From Truepera sp. (GTDB taxonomy: Bacteria; Deinococcota; Deinococci; Deinococcales; Trueperaceae): a stretch of 64,000 nucleotides of DNA. Below the pieces are notes generated by a model, which saw nothing but the letters and a program-made list of their open reading frames with translations, was not told the DNA's origin and searched no databases. A program made the position numbers and the translations under genes. Below, piece after piece: positions 1 through 9,322 of this stretch. Positions within the stretch are counted from its first letter, which is position 1. Each line of letters begins with the position of its first letter. The DNA lies in NCBI GenBank assembly GCA_965218435.1, contig CBDCKW010000009.1:3616001-3680000 (forward strand), written 5' to 3'.

Positions 1-1083
1 AGTGTCGTGGTGGCCCTCGGTTTGGCCGTACTGGGTGCTCTGCTCGGTTTGGCGTACTGGCGCACCTCGGCAGGGGAAAAAGTCGGGGGCACCAGCGAGA
101 TTGCGGCGCTGGTGACTTTCGGTTTGGGCGTACTGGCCGGCCTTGAGCACCTTAGCGTTGCGGTTGCAGGCGCAGTGATTGTAACGGGCGTATTGTCTCT
201 GCGCGACGAACTCCATCAACTGTCGCAGGCCGTAAGCCGCGAGGATCTATTTGCCACCGTACAGTTTGCCGCCGTATCGCTGCTGATTTTACCCTTGGTA
301 CCCGACCGCTCGCTCGGCCCCTGGGGAGTTTGGAACCCACATACAATCTGGCTGCAAGTGGTACCTATCTCAGGTATTTCGTTTGTCGGTTACCTCACCG
401 CCAAGCTCATCGGTACGGCGCGTAGTATCGGTCTGGGCGGATTGCTCGGCGGGCTGGTTTCGTCTACGGCCGTCACGCTTTCGTATAGCAAGCGCAGCCG
501 GACCCACCCGGCACTCGGCCGGCTGCTCGCAGTGGGCGTGCTGCTCGCCTCAGCCGTGATGGTCGTGCGCATCCTGATTTTGCTGAGCGTCGTTGCGCCC
601 GCGCTGGTCGTCCCGGCGCTCGCGCCTTTTGCGGCCCTGTTCGTAGTATCACTGGCGGGCTGCGCCCTTGTTTACCGGACCAGTAAAAAACAACCGGTGG
701 GCGAGCTGGCGATGAAAAATCCCTTCGAGCTTAAAACCGCCTTGCAGTTCGCGCTCATCTTTGCGGTTATTTTGTTGCTGGCCCAGGCCGCTAAAGTGTA
801 TCTGGGTGTAGGGGGCGTGTATCTGGCGAGTATCGTCGCCGGGTTTGCCCGACCTGACGCGGTGGCGCTGACACTCGGACAGCAGGCGCAAGGGGGACTC
901 GGGGCGGCTGTCGCCGTGCGCGGTCTGACGCTGGCGGTCATAAGTAACACCCTTTTTAAGGCGGGGCTGGCGCTGAGCTTCGGTCATCAAGCATTTGGAC
1001 GCGTGGTGATGAGCACTTTACTGCTCGCCGCACTTGCCGCCCTCGCGGTCGCTTGGGGAATGGGACCTTACCTTGGGGCCTGA
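1..1083 (+). CDS. MgtC/SapB-family membrane protein with DUF4010-type C-terminal region (probably 5'-truncated by the window edge)
   Basis: Frame is open from base 1. Very hydrophobic, with GGTSEIAAL, LLILPLVPDR..GPWG.WNP..IW, GGLVSSTAVT and NPFEL..AL.F motifs typical of DUF4010 proteins. Confidence 0.8.
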   Translation, partial: SVVVALGLAVLGALLGLAYWRTSAGEKVGGTSEIAALVTFGLGVLAGLEHLSVAVAGAVIVTGVLSLRDELHQLSQAVSREDLFATVQFAAVSLLILPLVPDRSLGPWGVWNPHTIWLQVVPISGISFVGYLTAKLIGTARSIGLGGLLGGLVSSTAVTLSYSKRSRTHPALGRLLAVGVLLASAVMVVRILILLSVVAPALVVPALAPFAALFVVSLAGCALVYRTSKKQPVGELAMKNPFELKTALQFALIFAVILLLAQAAKVYLGVGGVYLASIVAGFARPDAVALTLGQQAQGGLGAAVAVRGLTLAVISNTLFKAGLALSFGHQAFGRVVMSTLLLAALAALAVAWGMGPYLGA

Positions 1084-1119
1084 CAAACGACGCTGCGCGA
1101 CTTGGGCTTAAACTACCCT

Positions 1120-2472
1120 ATGAATCAGAGGCTGGCAAACTTTCAAGGAACGCTTTCTGAAACCGGTAGCAAACGTCACCTCGAGTTCATCTTTACCTGT
1201 CCGCCGGGGGCAGCGGGGCTCGAGCTTACCTTAACTTTTGAACCTGCTGAGGTTGGGGGGATTCACAACCTGCTCTACTTCAGCATTTTCGGTCCAGACG
1301 GTTTTCGTGGCGCGGGACATAGGGGGGGCAATGAGCACCGCGTTTGGTTGAGCAAAGACGCCGCCACCCCCGGTTATCTTCCCAGCACGCTTAAAGCGGG
1401 CAGCTGGCGGGTCGTTATCCATACCCACATGGTCAGGCCGGGAGAGCCGCTGCGGTATCGGCTTGAGGTTGGCTTGACCGACGCGCCTACGGCTCAGCCT
1501 CGCTCACTGCCCCAACCTGTTCCACCTGAACGTGGCCCCGGCTGGTACAAAGGCGACCTGCACGCGCACTCGGCCCATTCGGACGCGTCTTGGAGTATCA
1601 GAGATTTAGTGGCTTCAGCGAAACAATCCGGTCTCGAGTTCGTCACGCTGAGCGACCACAATACGGTCTCCGGTTTGCCTGAAATGGACGCCTTGACGAC
1701 GCCCGAACTGTTGACGTTGGGCGGGATCGAACTCACCACGTTTTACGGGCACGCGCTCGCGCTGGGCCGCCGCACTTGGCTCGACTGGGTTCATACCCCG
1801 ATGACCGAACTTGCCGAACGCGCCGACGCAGAGGGACTTTTTATCATCGCGCACCCACGCCGCGAGGGTGACCCGGTGTGTACCGGCTGCCGCTGGGAGT
1901 ACGCGGAACTGCTGCCGGGGCGGGCACAAGTCGTTGAAATCTGGAACAGTAGGAGTTGGGACACGCACAACGAACAAGCTTTGGCCCTGTGGTACAGCTG
2001 GCTGAACAAAGGTCACCGGATCACCGCAAGTGCCGGAACCGACGGGCACCGACCTGCGCTGGAGGGAACGCAAGTCGGGTTTAACGTGGTTTACGCCGAA
2101 GCCCTGACTGAAGCCGCGATTCTGGTAGGAGTAAGGCGGGGCCGGTCTTACCTGAGTTCAGGGCCGAGGCTCGAGCTGACTCTACCCGACCACCCAGAGC
2201 CTGTCACCGGAGACGTCGTAGCGGCTGAAACGACCCTCTCACTGCGCTACGAAGGCGTGCCCGCCGACGCGTCTTTGCGGCTTATCGCAAACGGAGAGGT
2301 TCAGCGCACAGTGAGCTTGGCGGACTCAGGACGGCTCGAGCTACGTCTCCCCGACGCCGCCCGCTGGGGGGTGCTCGAGCTCCGCGCCGCGGACGGCAAG
2401 GTGCTCGCCGTGACAAACCCGGTTTTTACGCCTGCGTTTGCGACTTTAGTTCAGACTGCGGCGTCACGGTGA
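1120..2472 (+). CDS. PHP-domain metallohydrolase (CehA/McbA-like phosphoesterase)
   Basis: PHP motifs GDLHAHSAHSDA, LSDHNT, GIELTTFYGHA, IAHP, GTDGH. ATG 1120 follows TAAACT by 5 nt. Confidence 0.85.
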   Translation: MNQRLANFQGTLSETGSKRHLEFIFTCPPGAAGLELTLTFEPAEVGGIHNLLYFSIFGPDGFRGAGHRGGNEHRVWLSKDAATPGYLPSTLKAGSWRVVIHTHMVRPGEPLRYRLEVGLTDAPTAQPRSLPQPVPPERGPGWYKGDLHAHSAHSDASWSIRDLVASAKQSGLEFVTLSDHNTVSGLPEMDALTTPELLTLGGIELTTFYGHALALGRRTWLDWVHTPMTELAERADAEGLFIIAHPRREGDPVCTGCRWEYAELLPGRAQVVEIWNSRSWDTHNEQALALWYSWLNKGHRITASAGTDGHRPALEGTQVGFNVVYAEALTEAAILVGVRRGRSYLSSGPRLELTLPDHPEPVTGDVVAAETTLSLRYEGVPADASLRLIANGEVQRTVSLADSGRLELRLPDAARWGVLELRAADGKVLAVTNPVFTPAFATLVQTAASR

Positions 2473-3502
2473 CCTCGAGCGGTGCGCCCTCTTGATAGAC
2501 CAAGTAGCGAGACACCCCGAAAGCAAGGTCTTGACCTTCACGCAGTAGGTGTGTTTTCGGAGCCATCAACCGCAGTTCGGGTAGCTTGGGAAGGTCCAAA
2601 CGCACCAGTTGATACGGTCCCAAATCAACGACCCGTGTGACGGTGCCGCGCCACGGGCACGGCTTTGAAAGCGTGATGTCTTCGGGTCGTAGGGCGAGGG
2701 TGCAGGCTCCATCTTCGAGACCTTGCGGCGCTGAAAGCTCGAGCTCACCGGCCCTTAGGCGTCCATCCTTGACAGCTGCGTCCAACAAGTTCATCGTGCC
2801 GATAAAGCCTGCGACAAAGCGGCTTTTCGGGCGGGCGTAGAGTTCGCTCGGGGTATCGAACTGCTCGATTTTTCCGGCGTTCATCACCGCGATGCGGTCG
2901 GCAAGTGTCAGCGCCTCCTCTTGGTCGTGGGTCACAAACACGGCGGTGATGGCGAGCTGCTGCTGAATCCGGCGCAGCTCTTCACGTAGCCGGACACGGA
3001 GGTGTGCGTCAAGGGCGCTAAAGGGTTCGTCCAATAAGAGAATTTGCGGCTCGAGGACGAGCGCCCGGGCAATCGCCACGCGCTGCTGCTGCCCCCCTGA
3101 AAGTTGCGCGGGATAACGGCTTCCTAACCCCGGCAGCCCTACGAGTTCCAACGTCTCTTCCACACGTTTTTTGACCTCGTTGCGGCTCAGGCGGCGCAGC
3201 TCGAGTCCGAACGCCACGTTGTCATAAACCCGCATATGCGGCCAGAGCGTGTACTTTTGAAAGACCATCGCGGTGGGTCGGCGGTTCGGCGGCAGCGATA
3301 ACACCGACGTGCCGCCGACTAAAATGTCACCCTCACTCGGCTCTTCAAACCCGGCGACCATCCGCAGGGCCGTCGTTTTGCCGCACCCCGACGGCCCTAA
3401 AAAACAGACGAACTCGCCGTCTTTAACCTCGAGGTCCATCTGCTCAACGGCGTGAAGCCCGCCAAAAGTTTTAGACAAATTTTGAAAACTCAGCGTCGCC
3501 AC
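2426..3502 (-). CDS. ABC transporter ATP-binding protein (PotA/FbpC-like, with TOBE tail)
   Basis: GPSGCGKTT, LSGGQQQRVA, LLLDEPF, VTHDQEEA. GTG 3502 lies directly after the permease stop. Confidence 0.92.
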   Translation of the reverse strand: MATLSFQNLSKTFGGLHAVEQMDLEVKDGEFVCFLGPSGCGKTTALRMVAGFEEPSEGDILVGGTSVLSLPPNRRPTAMVFQKYTLWPHMRVYDNVAFGLELRRLSRNEVKKRVEETLELVGLPGLGSRYPAQLSGGQQQRVAIARALVLEPQILLLDEPFSALDAHLRVRLREELRRIQQQLAITAVFVTHDQEEALTLADRIAVMNAGKIEQFDTPSELYARPKSRFVAGFIGTMNLLDAAVKDGRLRAGELELSAPQGLEDGACTLALRPEDITLSKPCPWRGTVTRVVDLGPYQLVRLDLPKLPELRLMAPKTHLLREGQDLAFGVSRYLVYQEGAPLEVTVTPQSELKSQTQA

Positions 3503-3503
3503 C

Positions 3504-4316
3504 TTACACCCCGAATCCGGCGGCGAGCGTGCGGCTTTGCAAGATACGCCGCGCAAATACGAGCGCCACCAAAGACGGTACCCATAAAAATACCGAGAGC
3601 ACCGCGCCGTACTGCACGATGAGCTGGTTGTTAATGAGTGAAATCATCACCAGCGGCATCGTTCGGACGTTGGGTAGTCCAACTAAGATCGCGCCCTGCG
3701 TTTCGTAAAATGTGCCGACGAAGGTCAGCAAAAGCGCCGCGCCGAGAGCCGGGGCGACCTGCGGCAACGAAACGCGAAAAAAGACCTGGAGCCGGGTCGC
3801 GCCCACGTCGAGAGCGGCTTCCTCGAGCGCCTTATCTACCCCGCGAAAGGCGGCAGTCGGAATCCAGATCATCAAGAGGAGAGTATTGACGAGCTGAATC
3901 AGCACGACGCCTGTGACGGTCCCAATCAAGTTGAGCCGGAAAAAAATAACTGCGATAGCGATATAAAGCCCAAAGCGCGGAAACGCGTTCGTTGCCAAAA
4001 ACGAGAGCAAAATTGCCTGCGAGCCGCGAAACTTGAGGCGGGCAAAGGCGTAGGCGGCGGGCAAACAGATCACTGCCGACAACAAGGTCACGAGCGACGC
4101 GATACCGAGGCTGAGCGGCAGCGCCCGCAACACGTCGGCGCGGCTCAGCGTCGCCTCCCAAAAGCGAAAGCCCCACTGCGTCGGCAACAGCGACGGATAC
4201 CGCCACTGCTCAGCAAAAGCCCAAAGCACCACTGAGACCATCGGCGCGACGATAAAGAGGACGAGCAAGATCAGGATGAGGTAGCCGAAAAACCCGTCCA
4301 GGCGTAGTCTACGCAT
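3504..4316 (-). CDS. ABC transporter permease (PotC-like)
   Basis: About 6 TM segments, EAA loop LEEAALDVGA. Confidence 0.9.
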   Translation of the reverse strand: MRRLRLDGFFGYLILILLVLFIVAPMVSVVLWAFAEQWRYPSLLPTQWGFRFWEATLSRADVLRALPLSLGIASLVTLLSAVICLPAAYAFARLKFRGSQAILLSFLATNAFPRFGLYIAIAVIFFRLNLIGTVTGVVLIQLVNTLLLMIWIPTAAFRGVDKALEEAALDVGATRLQVFFRVSLPQVAPALGAALLLTFVGTFYETQGAILVGLPNVRTMPLVMISLINNQLIVQYGAVLSVFLWVPSLVALVFARRILQSRTLAAGFGV

Positions 4317-5201
4317 CTACAGCCCCTCTTCTTGCCGCTGCTTAACTGCGGCGCGTACATACAAAAAGCCCACGACTGAACAGATCAAAAAGGTGATGAC
4401 CGCCTGCGTTTCAGCGCGTTCAGGTGCGCGGGCGTCGCCGAAGGTTCGCTGCATAAACACGCCCATCATTTCGGGTGAGGCGGGGCCGAGCAGATACGGC
4501 AGGGTAAAGCTGCCGATGATTCCCAAAAAGTTGAGCGAAAAGACGATCAAGACCGAACGTGAAACCAGTGGCAAAATAATCTGAAAAAAGATACGGAAGA
4601 TGCCCGCGCCGACATCTCTAGCACTTTCGATCATCCCATTAGGGACTTGCGCGAGCCCGGCAGTTAAAATCAAAACGGTCAGCGGAATACTCTCCCATAA
4701 AAGCCCGATCACGGCCCCCGAAGGCCGCAAGTAAGGGGTACGGTAACCGCCGAAGCCGGTGGTGACCTCGAGCAACGTCTCAAAGAGGCCGTTCGGCCCG
4801 AGAAAACGGATCAGCGCGTAGGCCAAAATAATCCCCGGCACAAAGAGTGGAAACAGCGCCAACCCCTGAATCCATGAGGTCGTCCAGTGCGTGGAAAACC
4901 GCAAAAAAAGTGCGATAGGAAAGCAGATAGCAAAAAGCAGCCCAATCGTTACAAAAGTTACGACGAGCGTAAAAATAAGATTGCGGAGGCTGAGCGGGTC
5001 GCTAAAAAACGCTTGATAGTTTTCTAAACCGAAGTGCCGCACGCCGTCAACGCTTGGAAAAAGCGTCCGGACGAGCGACAGCAGCGCCGGATAGAGGATC
5101 AGCAGCAGCATCAGTAAAAAAGGCGGCGCGACGAGCAGATACGCCCAGCCGTTATTTCGGTTTCGCTGTAGTGCGCGTGAAGAAGATTTAGCCAGAGACA
5201 C
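4317..5201 (-). CDS. ABC transporter permease (PotB-like)
   Basis: TM segments and EAA-like IESARDVGA. GTG 5201 preceded by AGGAG. Confidence 0.88.
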   Translation of the reverse strand: MSLAKSSSRALQRNRNNGWAYLLVAPPFLLMLLLILYPALLSLVRTLFPSVDGVRHFGLENYQAFFSDPLSLRNLIFTLVVTFVTIGLLFAICFPIALFLRFSTHWTTSWIQGLALFPLFVPGIILAYALIRFLGPNGLFETLLEVTTGFGGYRTPYLRPSGAVIGLLWESIPLTVLILTAGLAQVPNGMIESARDVGAGIFRIFFQIILPLVSRSVLIVFSLNFLGIIGSFTLPYLLGPASPEMMGVFMQRTFGDARAPERAETQAVITFLICSVVGFLYVRAAVKQRQEEGL

Positions 5202-5235
5202 AGTAACTCCTGATGAAGTAAGAGGGTAAAGCAAA

Positions 5236-5258
5236 CCGGCGGGCGCTTAACCCGCCGG
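5236..5258 (-). terminator. Intercistronic stem-loop after the solute-binding protein gene (partial terminator or mRNA stabiliser)
   Basis: CCGGCGGG-N7-CCCGCCGG, followed by TTTGCTTT on the minus strand. Confidence 0.65.
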
Positions 5259-5272
5259 GAGCCTAAACTGGC

Positions 5273-6415
5273 CTATTCGCTGTCGCGGTCAACGTTGGGC
5301 GCGACGTTACTGTACCAGCCGTCGTTCATCGCGGCTTCCCACTCGCCCCCCGGAAAGACGGGCACTTCGTCGGTCACGACGTCGGTAAATTCTTGTTGCA
5401 GGTCGGTAGACAGCAGTTCCCAGCGAATCGCCGGAAAGCCGCCGATATCTTGCACGACGCTCGTTTGTATCTCAGGGGTCAGGAGAAAGTCGGTCAGCGC
5501 CAAAGCACCCTCGAGGTGAGCCGCGTTCGTCGGAATCGTCGAGGCCGCGTAGCCTCCGACAAAGGGCAAATCTTCAAGTTGCACCAGTTTGATGGTGTCG
5601 GGCAGCGCACCCAAGCTGATAGCCTGCAGCGCCTGATCCGACCACGCCGGAATCATCGAAACCGCACCCTGCGCCAAAAGTTGCAGCGTCGGGGTGTTGC
5701 CTGCAGGGTAGGCGGCGTTGTCGTACAAACTCGGCGCGAGGTCGTTAAGGATTTTCCAGGCTCCGGCAAAGTCTTTTTTGGCCTTTGCCGCACTGAAGTT
5801 GTCAACCTTAAAGAGCTCAGGGTTTTGTCCGTTCGCTTCGTGAATGGCGCGGACGACGAAGTTGCGCCCGGAACCACCACGGTCAGGACGACCGTAGATA
5901 AACTGTCCCGGATGCGCTTTGATCCACGCCACAAGGTCGGGCCAGGTGTGCGGCACCTCATTTTCAGGCACCTTGGTGCTGTCGTAAGCGAGCAGAACTT
6001 GCGACCCCCGGTACGGCAGGCTGTACGGGGTGATTTTAGCGGCGTCCACGATATTGTCGTAACTGGAAACATCTTGGGTTGAAAACTTTTCCCAAAGCCC
6101 GGCCTCAATCGCGCCGACCGGCGAGAACGGGTCTTGGCTTTCAAACAGGTCAACTTGTGGGTTGCCACCGGTTTTCAGCGCCGCGAGTGCACGCTGAGCA
6201 ATCGGGTCGTTCCCGGCTCCGCCGCCGCCGGTAATCACGACGTTCAGGCGGTACTCAGGGTGCGCCGCTTCAAACGCAGGCGCAACCGTATTCGTCCACC
6301 AGTCTGAGATGTTGGTGTCTGAGTTGGTATAGACATCTAAGGTTTCTTGCGCCGTAGCAACTGTAGAGACGAGCAGCAGCGTCCCTAAAACTGACCGTAC
6401 CAACTTGTTCATCAT
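5273..6415 (-). CDS. ABC transporter extracellular solute-binding protein (PotD-like class; substrate unknown)
   Basis: Signal peptide MMNKLVRSVLGTLLLVSTVATA-Q, AAGGAG RBS, first gene of the permease/ATPase cluster. Confidence 0.85.
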   Translation of the reverse strand: MMNKLVRSVLGTLLLVSTVATAQETLDVYTNSDTNISDWWTNTVAPAFEAAHPEYRLNVVITGGGGAGNDPIAQRALAALKTGGNPQVDLFESQDPFSPVGAIEAGLWEKFSTQDVSSYDNIVDAAKITPYSLPYRGSQVLLAYDSTKVPENEVPHTWPDLVAWIKAHPGQFIYGRPDRGGSGRNFVVRAIHEANGQNPELFKVDNFSAAKAKKDFAGAWKILNDLAPSLYDNAAYPAGNTPTLQLLAQGAVSMIPAWSDQALQAISLGALPDTIKLVQLEDLPFVGGYAASTIPTNAAHLEGALALTDFLLTPEIQTSVVQDIGGFPAIRWELLSTDLQQEFTDVVTDEVPVFPGGEWEAAMNDGWYSNVAPNVDRDSE

Positions 6416-6613
6416 ATTCTCCTTATGCTGTAGCTGCAGCCTCCCGGACTTATCCTGAGAAGAAAGCTTAGTCAGGTTGTACCGAAAGAACATGCTAATT
6501 TTTGCTACGAGCAGAGCATATCACGAATTGAGGGCAAGCTCCCATTTTGTAGTGTGGTTTCTCGCTCGAGCCCATAGCCGACATCACCATAAGAAGATGT
6601 TGTCACGTCAAGG

Positions 6614-7384
6614 TCAAGAAATACTTTGGCCAAGGCGGTGGCGCTCGAGATACCCCTTCAAACCTTCTAAATCGTCGGTGTTCAGTAGGTCTACCCCGAC
6701 CTCTAAAAGCGTGTCCCAGACCCTTTCGCGCTCCGGCGTTGCGTCGTCCGGCGTTCCCCAAAACCGCAGTTTTTGCCCGCAGCTGTAGGCTGTTTCGACC
6801 ATTTGCTCGAGCTTTTGCCGCTCACCTTCCGGCATGGGGCCGTGACCCGACCAAAGGAAGTGCTTGCGCCAGTTGTCACTAATAATGGGCATCACGCTTG
6901 GGTCGGTATGGACGCCTAAATCAGTGATGCGCCCATCGAGCGCCGCGTAGCGAAGTGGGAGCTTGGCCGCTTCACGGTAGGGAACCCGGTTACCGGAGAT
7001 GATCACGGTGACTGCACCTGGGTGCGCCGTTCCGGGTGTAAAGGTCGTCAGCATGTCGCGGTAAGAGGCCAGTAGCTTGTGCAGCGCAGCGTAACTGGCA
7101 GCAGCCGGGGTTTTAACGTCAACGAACAGCCATAACGGATTGTCAGCAAAGAGAGCGCCCTGTTGCTGCAGATAGTCGTGGAGGGGCCTCAGATAAAGAG
7201 CTTGCAACGTACGCCGAGGCCGCAACTGCTGCAGGTCATGCGCGACCAAGGTGCGCCCAAAAAGGCTATAGACATCGGCTTCGATAAACCTAAAGCCCGC
7301 ATGGAGCGAGCGCCATAAGGGAGGTTGATATTCACAGTCGCGGTGGGCGTAGGCGTGCTCTAGGGTGATAGCCGCAGGTTTCAT
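6614..7384 (-). CDS. PLC-like/GDPD-superfamily phosphodiesterase (AIM6-like), with variant N-terminal motif
   Basis: GFRFIEADV, LVAHD, TL..LYL.PL, VDVK, IISGNR, LRFWGTPD, GVDLLNTDDL. Confidence 0.75.
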   Translation of the reverse strand: MKPAAITLEHAYAHRDCEYQPPLWRSLHAGFRFIEADVYSLFGRTLVAHDLQQLRPRRTLQALYLRPLHDYLQQQGALFADNPLWLFVDVKTPAAASYAALHKLLASYRDMLTTFTPGTAHPGAVTVIISGNRVPYREAAKLPLRYAALDGRITDLGVHTDPSVMPIISDNWRKHFLWSGHGPMPEGERQKLEQMVETAYSCGQKLRFWGTPDDATPERERVWDTLLEVGVDLLNTDDLEGLKGYLERHRLGQSIS

Positions 7385-7430
7385 GTACTGAGCCTACAGC
7401 GGTGGTAGCAACTGGGAGTTCTGACTGAAC

Positions 7431-7540
7431 TAGAAGCCGTTTCAAAACCCCTTTTTGGCTGAGGCTAAAAGGGGTTGACCGAGCTGGGCGAGGTAGCTAG
7501 GACGCTCTAAGTCTAAAATCATGGTTGAGACAAGTTTTGC
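7431..7540. mobile_element. MITE-like element, degenerate copy
   Basis: Aligns by eye with the reverse complement of 19313-19425 (shared TAGAAGCC.T.TCAAAA, TTGACCGAGCT.GGCGAG, TAGGACGCTCT, TTGAGA). Confidence 0.7.
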
Positions 7541-7809
7541 TTAGAGGGTGCTTGGAAATCCCTTGTCTCTGACGCATTAAATTTAACATTAAGTTCTTAG
7601 AGATACGCTCGACACTGGTATAGGTGCTTCTCAGAAGGTTTACGGCTGGGACTTGACCGCGAGAAAAGTTTGACTCTATGTCCCAAATACCCGCTGGCTC
7701 CGTCCTCTTAAGCAGCGGAAACAAGCGCACCCTACGTGGGACTCGAGCTCGAGTACCACGGCGGTAAAAGTTCAGGTACCTCGGTGTTGTCCTACTTTAC
7801 TCACCCCGG

Positions 7810-9080
7810 CTAATGTACCGAACCGTCAGCGCGAAACGGCTCGAGAAATGGCGCAGTGCAGGCTGCAACGAGGGGCGGGAACGCCGAGAGCAGCAAAATC
7901 TCCCGGTAACCGCCGAAACGCTCGTCGCCGAGGGCAAAAAGAAGCGGTCCCACAGCGGTACCGGCAACCGTGAGGGTAGCGACAAAGCCCTTGATCGAGC
8001 CGATGTAGGTGCGTCCGAAAAGGTGAGCGTAGGCACCGCCGGAGATCGCCCCGCGCATCCCCTGCGCCACGCCTAAAACCGCGCCGTAAACGAGTACCAG
8101 CAGGGGCGTGGTCACATAAGAAGCGAGCATGAGGGCGCTGCAGAGCAGTGCGAGCGACGCCGAGAGCAAAAAGCGGGGTGGCAAGCGGTCCAGCAAAACG
8201 CCGGTTAAGAGGTTGCTGCCCGCTGCGATAAAACCGAAGGGGACGAAAACTGCCGCCGCTTCCAGGCGGTCAATGCCGCCGCCTGCCATGATGTTGTAGT
8301 GATGAAAAATCAGGCCGGTGCCGAGCGCCGCGCCGAAAACGTCGGCGCTTACGAACAGCCAAAACGTCACCGTACGGCGAGCGCGGGCCAGCGTGTAGCG
8401 CCGCTCCTGCACCGCCGCGTCGCTCGAGCTTTGAATCCGGCTGTCCGGTCGCAGCCCGTAGAGTTCGGGTTTACCTCGGTAAAGCCACGCGCCGAGCGGC
8501 AGAATCGTTCCGGCTACGAGTGCGCCCAGCACCATATACGCCGTGCGCCAGCCGAACGCGCCGATCAGCACCTCGATGACAAAGGGAAAGAACGCCGTAG
8601 CGACGGCCATTCCCAGCCCCGACAGGCCGACGGCCAGCCCGCGCCGCCGCACAAACCAGAGGTTGATGACGTGCAAACTGACCAGCCCGAGCGCCCCCTG
8701 CCCGAGTCCCCGAATCAAGATAAAGCCTAAAAGCAGCGTTAGCGGGCCGCTGACTAAGCCCAGCCACACGCAGGAGAGCGCGAACAGCGCGGAGATGATA
8801 ATCACGGCGATACGCGGGCCACGCACGTCAACAAAACGCCCGATAAAAGGCAAAGAAAACGAGCCTATCAGCGTGCCAACCGTGTACATCAAAGACACCG
8901 TGGCCCGCGACAAGCCCAAATCTTGAATAATCCGGTCGAGGAAGATTGACACGCCCAAGGTCTGGCCGGGGGTCGTCATAAACATGCCGAAGGTACCGAC
9001 GAGCAAGATAATCCAGCCGTAATAAACGGGGGAGCCTGCGACGACACGGCTGTGTCTGATAGGAGCGGGGGTGTCGTCAT
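7810..9080 (-). CDS. MFS transporter; the probable ATG at 9080 is out of frame because of an apparent 1-nt deletion in a homopolymer (G5, 9067-9071)
   Basis: About 12 TM with GRFVDVRGPR motif A. The in-frame region upstream of 9006 reads ..SPVYYGWIILL (typical MFS start) but has no start codon; one extra base in the run gives MTTPPAPIRHSRVV. Confidence 0.75.
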
Positions 9081-9322
9081 AGAAACCTAAGCGTACGGAA
9101 ATTTTTAGGCAGTACCGCCTATTTGCAGCGTGTATCTCTGCTTAGAAGCATACAGCCGCGATGATACCGTTTGAGTTGCAGCCAAGCGTGTTATAGGGAC
9201 GGTGGTTTGGGCTCGAGCCGTACAGCCACCGGACAGACGTTCAAGCAGGCCGAAAGCTCGCCTTACCGGGGTGCGCCACCAAATCGCCAAACCCGAACGC
9301 TTAGGCGAGGTAAAGTTAATGA

